A DNA stretch of 64,000 nt, from positions 104,913 through 168,912 of the forward strand of contig JBQTIU010000022.1 of assembly GCA_052387815.1 (NCBI GenBank). Direction: 5' to 3'. The notes under the pieces are model-generated. The model searched no databases. It saw nothing but the letters and a program-made list of their open reading frames with translations, and was not told where the DNA came from. Every line of letters starts with the position of its first letter. Within the stretch, counting starts at the first letter, position 1. This stretch comes from Pseudomonadota bacterium (lineage in GTDB: Bacteria > Pseudomonadota > Alphaproteobacteria > CACIAM-22H2). A program made the position numbers and the translations under genes. This document shows positions 57,325-64,000 of the stretch, in pieces.

Positions 57325-58842
57325 ATGCTCGCACGATTGAGATTTGCGCTCGTCCCCGTCTTGGCAGCGATCGCCGCCGCCGCGCTGTCGGCCTCGGCGC
57401 TGGCGCAGAAGACCACGGTGACCTTCCTCCACACCAACGACGTCTACGAGATTTCCCCCGTCCGCGGCTGGGGCGGGTTCGCCGAGCTCATGACCCTCTT
57501 GCGCAAGGAGCGTGCCGCCGCCCGCAATTCGCTGACCACCTTGGGCGGCGACCTGATTTCGCCGTCGCTGATGTCGGGCCTGACCAAGGGCACGCAGATG
57601 ATCGAGCTCATGAACGCCATCGGCCTCGAACTGGCGGTGTTCGGCAACCACGAATTCGACTTCGGCGACGACGTGCTCAAGAGCCGCATGGCGGAATCGC
57701 GCTTCACGTGGTTCGCGACCAACGTGGTGGGCGCCGACGGCAAGCCCTTCAACGGCGCAGCCTCGACCATCATCCGGGAGATCGACGGCTTCAAGTTCGG
57801 CTTCTTCGGCCTGTTGACGCCGGAGACCGCGACGCTGTCGTCCCCCGGCAAGGACATCAAGTTCCTGCCGATCGTCGAGACCGCCGCGGCGGCGGTCAAG
57901 GCGCTCAAGGACCAGGGTGCCGAAGTGATCGTCGCGATCACGCACCTCTCCATCGCCGAGGACCGCACGGTCGCCCGCCGGGTGCCGGGAATCGACCTCA
58001 TCCTGGGCGGCCACGATCACGATCCGATCACCTATCGCGACGGCGCGACGCTCATCCACAAGGCGGGCTACGACGCCCATCACCTCGCCGTGGTCGAGCT
58101 GGCGGTGACGCGGACCCAGACCTCCGCCGGGCCGCGGATCGGCGTGGTACCGGCCTGGCGCATGCTGGCAGTCAACGCCGTCGCCCCCGACCCGGAGATC
58201 GCGGCCGTCGTCAAGAAGCACAACGACCGGCTGGATGCCGAGCTCAACGTCAAGATCGGCGTCGCCGCGACGGCGCTCGACAGCCGGCGCGCGTCCGTGC
58301 GCGCCAAGGAAAGCGCGATCGGCAACCTGATCGCGGATGCGACGCGCGAGGCGGTCGGGGCGGAGGTCGGGCTTGCCAACGGCGGTGGCATCCGCGGCGA
58401 TAAGACCTACGAGGCCGGCCACCAGCTCACCCGCAAGGACATCCTGACCGAACTGCCGTTCGGCAACCTGACGGTGCTGATCGAGCTCAAGGGTAGCGAT
58501 CTCAAGGCGGCGCTCGAGCATTCCGTCAGCCGGGTCGCGGAGCTGCAAGGGCGCTTCCTGCAGATTTCGGGCGCCTCCATGGTCTACGACCCGAACCTGC
58601 CGCCGGGCAGCCGCGTGCTCGAGGTCAACGTGGGCGGCGCCCCCCTCGATCCGAACAAGACCTACAAGGTGGCGACCAACGAGTACATATACGGGGGCGG
58701 CGACGGGTTCGAGACCCTCAAGAACGGCAAGTCGCTGATCGACCCCAGCGGCGCTAAGCTGCTGGCGAGCCAGGTCATCGACTACATCGCCGCCAAGGGC
58801 ACGGTCGCGCCCCAGATCGAGGGCCGCATCGTGGCGAAATAG
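57325..58842 (+). CDS. periplasmic 5'-nucleotidase / 2',3'-cyclic phosphodiesterase (UshA-like)
   Basis: Signal peptide; N-terminal metallophosphoesterase motifs (HTNDVYE, GGDLISPS, GNHEFD); C-terminal 5'-nucleotidase domain. Confidence 0.85.
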   Translation: MLARLRFALVPVLAAIAAAALSASALAQKTTVTFLHTNDVYEISPVRGWGGFAELMTLLRKERAAARNSLTTLGGDLISPSLMSGLTKGTQMIELMNAIGLELAVFGNHEFDFGDDVLKSRMAESRFTWFATNVVGADGKPFNGAASTIIREIDGFKFGFFGLLTPETATLSSPGKDIKFLPIVETAAAAVKALKDQGAEVIVAITHLSIAEDRTVARRVPGIDLILGGHDHDPITYRDGATLIHKAGYDAHHLAVVELAVTRTQTSAGPRIGVVPAWRMLAVNAVAPDPEIAAVVKKHNDRLDAELNVKIGVAATALDSRRASVRAKESAIGNLIADATREAVGAEVGLANGGGIRGDKTYEAGHQLTRKDILTELPFGNLTVLIELKGSDLKAALEHSVSRVAELQGRFLQISGASMVYDPNLPPGSRVLEVNVGGAPLDPNKTYKVATNEYIYGGGDGFETLKNGKSLIDPSGAKLLASQVIDYIAAKGTVAPQIEGRIVAK

Positions 58843-59039
58843 TGGCAGGCCTGCCGATCACACCTCCCCGGGGAGGGCCGGCCGCCTCTTGTCGCGGCCG
58901 GCGCTCGTCCCTATATATCGAATGGTTCTAAAGTGGAGGTGGACTGCCATGTCGGTCAAACTTACGACATTCGCGCCGGACTGGCCCCAACTGGGCCGGC
59001 ACTGAACGCCTGGCCGCCCCGCGCCGGCGGGGCCCTGTC

Positions 59040-59336
59040 ATGGCGGCGATGCTGGTCGCCGTCGCGCTGTTCGCATCGACCGGCCCCGTTGCCGCCGAGC
59101 TGGTCTGCGGTCCCCGAGCCAACCTCGTGGCCTGGTTCGCCGAAAACTTCAAAGAGGTGCCGGTCAGCGTCGGGCTGACCGAGGGTGGGACTCTGCTCGA
59201 AGTCCTCGCCTCGCCGACCGGAACCTGGACGATGCTCTTAAGCTTCCCGAGCGGCCAGGCTTGCGTGGTCGAAACCGGCGAGGCATGGGAGAATGTCGGC
59301 CCCCGGCCGGCCGCAAAACGCGCGGGCGAAGCGTAG
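59040..59336 (+). CDS. small secreted hypothetical protein (98 aa)
   Basis: Clear signal peptide (MAAMLVAVALFASTGPVAAE); ordinary composition. Confidence 0.45.
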   Translation: MAAMLVAVALFASTGPVAAELVCGPRANLVAWFAENFKEVPVSVGLTEGGTLLEVLASPTGTWTMLLSFPSGQACVVETGEAWENVGPRPAAKRAGEA

Positions 59337-59341
59337 GCGCC

Positions 59342-59989
59342 TCACGCCCCGAGATCGGCGGCGCCGGCGAAGCGCACGCCGAGCTCGCGCATTTCCTTGA
59401 TCGCGGCGGCGAGCGATCCGTCGAGGTCGATGCCGCGACAGCAATCCTCGACCACGACCGCCTCGAAGCCTTCGCGCGTCGCATCCCGGGCTGAATAAAG
59501 CACGCAGAAATCGGTCGCGAGGCCGGTCAAGAACAGGCGGCGGAACCCGCGAGCGCGCAGATAGCCCGCCAGCCCGGTGTTGGTCGCGCGGTCGTTCTCG
59601 TAGAACGCCGAATAGGAATCGATCTCGCGCCGGAACCCCTTGCGCAGGATCAGCTCGCAGTGCGGCAGGTCGACGCCGGCGTGGAACGCGGCCCCGGTCG
59701 TGTCCTGGACGCAGTGGTCGGGCCACAGCACCTGCTCGCCATAGGCGAGCCGCGTGGTCTCGAAGGGCCGCTTGCCGGCATGGCTGGAGGCGAAGGACTG
59801 GTGCCCCTTGGGGTGCCAGTCCTGGGTCATGGCGACATGGGCGAAGCGCCGGCCGAGCCGGTTGACGACCGGCACCACCCGGTCGCCCTCCGGGACGGCG
59901 AGCGCCCCGCCGGGACAGAAATCGTTCTGGAGGTCGACGACCAGCAGGATATCGCCGTCCGACGGTCTCAACGGGTCTGCCATGGACAC
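59342..59989 (-). CDS. pncA: nicotinamidase/pyrazinamidase (isochorismatase family)
   Basis: ILLVVDLQNDFCPGGAL N-terminus and a catalytic Cys in LATDFCV. Confidence 0.85.
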   Translation of the reverse strand: MSMADPLRPSDGDILLVVDLQNDFCPGGALAVPEGDRVVPVVNRLGRRFAHVAMTQDWHPKGHQSFASSHAGKRPFETTRLAYGEQVLWPDHCVQDTTGAAFHAGVDLPHCELILRKGFRREIDSYSAFYENDRATNTGLAGYLRARGFRRLFLTGLATDFCVLYSARDATREGFEAVVVEDCCRGIDLDGSLAAAIKEMRELGVRFAGAADLGA

Positions 59990-60186
59990 CTTCCGAGGTG
60001 GACGGCCCTAAGAGTCGTGCCGCCCGGGGCCCGTGTCAACGGTCGGGTGGCAAAGGCGCGCGGGGTGGCGGTGCGGTCCGATCTGGGCTAACTTCCACGG
60101 CGACTGTTTCCCCGCTGGCCCGTTCACGGGCGGCGCGCTTGGGATTCGAAGCCAGAGATTCCGAAGCCAGAAACAAGGAGGCGGAG

Positions 60187-61002
60187 ATGCGAACGAGACT
60201 AAGTGCGGCGATCGTCTTGGGGCTTGCTGCAGCCCTCGCGAGTCTTCCCGCACCGGCCCAGACCCTCGACAAGATCAAGAGCCGCGGCACGATCGTGGTC
60301 GGCATCAAGAACGACTACAAGCCGTGGGGCTTCCTCGATCCATCGGGCAAGATCGTCGGCATGGAGATCGATCTCGCCCACGACATCGCCGGCCGCCTCA
60401 ATACCAAACTCGAGATGATTCCCGTGGTGGCGGCGAACCGCATGGAGTTCCTGCAGCAAGGCCGGATCGACCTGATCATCGCCACGATGGGCGACAATCC
60501 GCAGCGCCGCCAGGTCGTCGGCATGATCGAGCCGAACTACTATGCGGGCGGCACCAACGTGCTGGCCCCGAAATCGGCCGGGCTCAAGAGCTGGGAGCAG
60601 CTGCGCGGCCGGCAGGTCTGCGCCATCCAGGGCGCCTACTACAACCGGCGCGTGACCCAGATGTACGGCCCGACCCTGGTCGCCTTCACCGGCATCCCCG
60701 AGGTGCTCAATGCCCTCCAGCAGGGCAACTGCATCGCCTTCGTGTACGACAACACCTTCATCGACTCGACGCTGGCCGGCGGCGATGCGCGGTGGAAGGA
60801 CTACGAGATGCCGCTGGTGACCGAGGACGAGCAGGCCTGGGCCATCGCCGTGCCGCTTCCCGAACTCAACGGCCCGTACGGCGAGTTCATGCGCAAGGCG
60901 AGCGTCGAGTGGCACAAGACCGGCAAGCTCATCGAGCTCGAGAAGAAATGGGGCATCAAGCCGAGCCCGTTCCTCGCCGACATGAACAAGAAGTACAAGT
61001 AG
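60187..61002 (+). CDS. polar amino acid ABC transporter substrate-binding protein (family 3)
   Basis: 271 aa with signal peptide; SBP_bac_3 features; followed by two permeases and an ATPase. Confidence 0.85.
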   Translation: MRTRLSAAIVLGLAAALASLPAPAQTLDKIKSRGTIVVGIKNDYKPWGFLDPSGKIVGMEIDLAHDIAGRLNTKLEMIPVVAANRMEFLQQGRIDLIIATMGDNPQRRQVVGMIEPNYYAGGTNVLAPKSAGLKSWEQLRGRQVCAIQGAYYNRRVTQMYGPTLVAFTGIPEVLNALQQGNCIAFVYDNTFIDSTLAGGDARWKDYEMPLVTEDEQAWAIAVPLPELNGPYGEFMRKASVEWHKTGKLIELEKKWGIKPSPFLADMNKKYK

Positions 61003-61078
61003 GACGACAGCGTTCGCCAGGGGCGGGCGGTGCGGGCCCTGCGCATTGCCCGCCCTTTGCCCCACGGGCATTTCGGAC

Positions 61079-61825
61079 ATGGACGCGGTCGCGGACTGGT
61101 TCGAGTGGCTCCATGCCGCGCACGGGGTCAACCTGACGGTCATCTACGACCCCTTCGACCGCGGCCGCTTCATCCAGGGCTTCTTGACCACCGTCCGCCT
61201 GTCGGCCGTCTGCATCGTCGTGAGCGTCGTCATCGGCTTGGCGGGGGCCTGGCTCCAGGGCTCGCGGTTCAAGCTCACGCGCCGCATCGTCCAGGCCTAC
61301 ATCCAGTTCTTCCGCAACACGCCGCCCTTGGTCCAGCTCTATTTCTTCTATTTCGCGGTCGGCGGCCTGTTGCCGCGGGTGACCGACCAGTTTGGGGCGC
61401 AGGTCCCGCCGATCGGCGGCTTGGCCTGGGCGATCATCTCGTTTTCGTTTTTCGCCGGCGCCTTCAACGTCGAGATATTCCGCGCCGGGATCGAGGCGGT
61501 GCCGCGCGCGACCATCGAGGCGGCGATGGCGCTCGGCTACAGCCGGCTCAAGGCCTTCGTCCACGTGGTCCTGCCGCTGGCCTTCCGCATCTGCCTGCCG
61601 GCCCTCAACAACAACCTCGTGAACCTCATCAAGACGACGACGCTCGCCTATGCCATCGGGGTGCCGGAACTCCTCTACGCCTCGGCCCAGATCTGGTCCG
61701 AGGTCCTCAACGTCCGCGAGATGATGTGGGTCTTGCTGCTCACCTATGTCGCCATCGTCGGCCTGCTGGTCGTGGCCATGAGCCGCTGGGAGCGGGCGCT
61801 GCGCATCCCGGGGTACAGCGTATGA
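61079..61825 (+). CDS. polar amino acid ABC transporter permease
   Basis: His/Glu/Gln/Arg/opine family permease with an EAA-like loop region; start taken at MDAVADW. Confidence 0.8.
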   Translation: MDAVADWFEWLHAAHGVNLTVIYDPFDRGRFIQGFLTTVRLSAVCIVVSVVIGLAGAWLQGSRFKLTRRIVQAYIQFFRNTPPLVQLYFFYFAVGGLLPRVTDQFGAQVPPIGGLAWAIISFSFFAGAFNVEIFRAGIEAVPRATIEAAMALGYSRLKAFVHVVLPLAFRICLPALNNNLVNLIKTTTLAYAIGVPELLYASAQIWSEVLNVREMMWVLLLTYVAIVGLLVVAMSRWERALRIPGYSV

Positions 61826-62718
61826 CCGCGGGCGCCGCCTGCGGACGGGCGTTGTTCCGGCCCCGGCCGGGCGGGACCGATCTGCCGGTCCTCCTCGGCC
61901 CCGGACCCGCGCTTGCCCGCGATACGGGGGCGAGCCAAGCGTCGGCGACGCTTGCGGGCTGGCGGTCCGGCGCCTGGCTCGCGCTGGCCTTCGGGGTCGC
62001 GATCCTGGCCGGCGAGGCGCACGCCGCTCCGGCCCCGCCGGGCATTCTCGCCACCTTGTGGAAATGGGCGCCCTTGGTCTTCCAGGGCTTCCTGCTGAAC
62101 CTGCTGGTAAGCTTCCTCGCCATGGCGATCGGCACCGTCGCCGGGACGGCGCTTGGCCTCGCCCAGGTCTCGCTCCTCGCCCCAGTGCGCGGCGCCGCGT
62201 GGGCCGCGACGCAGTTCTTCCGCAACTCGCCGTGGCTGGTGCTGCTGTTCTTCGCCATGCTCCTCCTCCCCTTCGAGATCCGCGCCGGCGGCTACGTCGT
62301 GCCGTTGCCGGGCTGGATCAAGGCGACGATCGGGCTGTCGCTGCCGGTGATGGCCAACGTCTCCGAGATCGTCCGCGGCGCGGTGAAGTCGATCCCCTTG
62401 GCCCAATGGGAGTCGGCCGAGGCGCTGGCCTTCTCGCGCCGGCAGACCCTGTGGATGGTCATCCTGCCGCAGTGCATCAAGCGCATGCTGCCGCCGTGGA
62501 TGAATCTCTACGCCATCCTCACCATGGCGACGTCGCTGATCTCGATCGTCGGCGTCCAGGAATCGATGACGCTGACCCGCGCGGCCTTGAACGCCGAGGG
62601 GCGCACCGAGATGCTGGTGCCGATGTATCTCATGCTGCTCGCCTGGTTCTTCATCTATTGCTACCCGATCGCCCGCTCGACGATCCGGCTCGAACGCCGC
62701 TACGCGGTCAAGATCTGA
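61822..62718 (+). CDS. polar amino acid ABC transporter permease with an A/G/P-rich N-terminal extension (true start may be further downstream)
   Basis: ATG overlaps the upstream stop (ATGA); the conserved permease core begins around LWKWAPLVFQGF. Confidence 0.75.
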   Translation: MTAGAACGRALFRPRPGGTDLPVLLGPGPALARDTGASQASATLAGWRSGAWLALAFGVAILAGEAHAAPAPPGILATLWKWAPLVFQGFLLNLLVSFLAMAIGTVAGTALGLAQVSLLAPVRGAAWAATQFFRNSPWLVLLFFAMLLLPFEIRAGGYVVPLPGWIKATIGLSLPVMANVSEIVRGAVKSIPLAQWESAEALAFSRRQTLWMVILPQCIKRMLPPWMNLYAILTMATSLISIVGVQESMTLTRAALNAEGRTEMLVPMYLMLLAWFFIYCYPIARSTIRLERRYAVKI

Positions 62719-62720
62719 CC

Positions 62721-63467
62721 ATGGCCTGGACCCCCGACCAGCCGATCGTCCGCATCGACCGCGTTCACAAATCCTTCGGCGATCTCGACGTGCTGAGCGG
62801 AATCTCCCTCGACGTCGCCAAGAGCGAGGTGGTGTGCGTCATCGGACCGTCGGGGTCGGGAAAATCCACGCTGCTGCGCTGCATCAACGCGCTGGTGCCG
62901 ATCGATCGCGGCTCGATCCTGGTCGAGGGCCAGGAAGTCCACGACCCGAAGCTCGACAAGCTCGAGCTGCGCAAGAAGGTCGGCATGGTGTTCCAGCAAT
63001 ACAACCTGTTCCCGCACCGCACCGCGCTGCAGAACGTCATGATGGCGCCCATCCACGTGCTCAAGCAGGACCGCAGGCAAGTCGAGGCACTCGCCTACCG
63101 GCTCTTGAAGAAGGTCCGCCTGGCGGGCAAGGAGCACGGCTATCCGGGCGAGCTGTCGGGCGGCCAGCAGCAGCGCGTCGCCATCGCCCGCTCGCTGGCC
63201 ATGAACCCGGACATCATGCTGTTCGACGAAGTGACCGGGGCGCTCGATCCCGAGACCAAGAAGGAGGTGCTGGTCACCATCCGCGAGCTCGCCGAGGAGG
63301 GCATGACCTGCATCATCGTCAGCCACGAAATGGGCTTCGCGCGCGAGGTCGCCCATCACGTCTATTTCACCGATCGCGGCGTGATCGTCGAGCACGGCCG
63401 GCCCAAGGAGTTCTTCGCCACCCAGCGCGACCCGCGGACGCGCGAGTTCCTGAGCCAGGTGCTTTGA
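62721..63467 (+). CDS. polar amino acid ABC transporter ATP-binding protein
   Basis: Walker [10 protein letters not shown], signature [10 protein letters not shown], Walker B MLFDEVT; 248 aa. Confidence 0.9.
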   Translation: MAWTPDQPIVRIDRVHKSFGDLDVLSGISLDVAKSEVVCVIGPSGSGKSTLLRCINALVPIDRGSILVEGQEVHDPKLDKLELRKKVGMVFQQYNLFPHRTALQNVMMAPIHVLKQDRRQVEALAYRLLKKVRLAGKEHGYPGELSGGQQQRVAIARSLAMNPDIMLFDEVTGALDPETKKEVLVTIRELAEEGMTCIIVSHEMGFAREVAHHVYFTDRGVIVEHGRPKEFFATQRDPRTREFLSQVL

Positions 63468-63571
63468 ACCCGATGTCACGATGATTTGGGCCCGCGCCGG
63501 TGGGCCCTGTATCGTGTAGGGGCGAGGCCGCGCGGCAGCGCCTCGCGGCCTCGCCGGTTTCAAACCGGCCC

Positions 63572-63597
63572 GGGCGGGTCGAAAGACCAGCCCCTAC
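63572..63597. repeat. REP-like element (degenerate copy GGGCGGGTC-GAAA-GACCAGCCCCTAC)
   Basis: Same motif as 21179-21204; forms an inverted pair with 63622-63647. Confidence 0.55.
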
Positions 63598-63621
63598 ATG
63601 CATGAATGGAATTTCGGTCGC

Positions 63622-63647
63622 GTAGGGGCGGGTCTTGAGACCCGCCC
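63622..63647. repeat. REP-like element in inverted orientation (GTAGGGGCGGGTC-TTGA-GACCCGCCC)
   Basis: Reverse complement matches the consensus seen at 21179-21204. Confidence 0.6.
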
Positions 63648-63661
63648 GCCAGCAGGGCCTC

Positions 63662-64000
63662 TCACCCGCGCAAGCGGCTGCCCTTGGGATCGAACAGCGG
63701 CGAGCGGGCGACGACCCCCGGCAGGCGTTCGCCGAAATACTCGATCTCGACCCGCTGGCCTTGGCTGGCGCGCTCGGCCGGCAGATAGCCGTAGGCGATG
63801 AACTTGCCGAGGCTGTAGCCGTAATTGGCGCTGGTGACATAGCCGAGGACTTGGCCATCGAGCAGGATCGGCTCGCGTCCCAGGACCACGGCGTCGGCGC
63901 GCTCAAGCGTCATGCAGGCGAGCTTGCGCCTGGGATTCCTCGCGTCCTTCCTGACCAGGGCCTGGCGGCCGATGAACTCGCCCTTGTCGAGGTCGACGAC
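63662..64000 (-). CDS. partial CDS, C-terminal end of a glycine-cleavage-T-fold protein (aminomethyltransferase, or dimethylglycine/sarcosine dehydrogenase type); continues beyond the window
   Basis: C-terminal GcvT-like beta-barrel sequence (LDGQVLGYVTSANYGYSLGKFIAYGYL); frame is open to the window edge. Confidence 0.55.
   Translation of the reverse strand, partial: VVDLDKGEFIGRQALVRKDARNPRRKLACMTLERADAVVLGREPILLDGQVLGYVTSANYGYSLGKFIAYGYLPAERASQGQRVEIEYFGERLPGVVARSPLFDPKGSRLRG

Noticed and set aside
60199-61143. 314-aa minus-strand ORF
   Set aside because: It is antisense to the amino-acid binding-protein gene and has a biased composition.
1-64000. CRISPR arrays, rRNA, integrase or transposase genes
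   Set aside because: None of these could be identified in the window. No repeat-spacer periodicity, no rRNA-like conserved blocks, and no recombinase motifs were seen in any plausible ORF.

Overview
High-GC (about 65-70%) alphaproteobacterial-type chromosomal window, densely coding, dominated by catabolic and transport genes. (1) 0.4-14.5 kb: a Rieske ring-hydroxylating oxygenase system (ferredoxin, alpha and beta subunits, a distal ferredoxin reductase) mixed with a carboxymuconolactone-decarboxylase-family protein, an ornithine-cyclodeaminase-family enzyme, a bicupin dioxygenase and a DHDPS-family aldolase. Two importers lie inside this block: a family-5 ABC system with no ATPase genes, and a TAXI-TRAP system. 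(2) An HDAC-MarR operon, an RND efflux pump with an ArsR regulator, a macro-domain operon, tetR-sugE, and a DUF1194 secreted protein. (3) A small GatC/AtzG-like ORF directly upstream of an amidase-signature enzyme, followed by a second catabolic block: TTC38-like protein, acyl-CoA dehydrogenase, Fe-ADH, a frameshifted MetX-like hydrolase, formamidase and a GlcG-like protein. (4) A PotD-type ABC importer without an ATPase, two paralogous single-component Rieske oxygenase alpha genes flanking a D-2-hydroxyacid dehydrogenase, and a TtuC-like dehydrogenase with TctCBA. (5) A complete nucleoside salvage locus: deoB, deoA, deoC, PNP, cdd, a Bmp-type ABC importer and a 5'-nucleotidase. It is interrupted between deoB and deoA by a lower-GC islet encoding a 245-aa protein with an HNH/AHH-like nuclease motif followed by two tandem, near-identical HEAT-like small genes; this is the most interesting candidate system in the window, a putative toxin-immunity module. 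(6) pncA, a polar amino-acid ABC importer, and a REP-like palindromic element family (GGGCGGGTC-N4-GACCCGCCCCTAC). No rRNA, tRNA or CRISPR array could be supported. Many long ORFs in the six-frame track are antisense or alternate-frame artefacts of the high GC content and were rejected.
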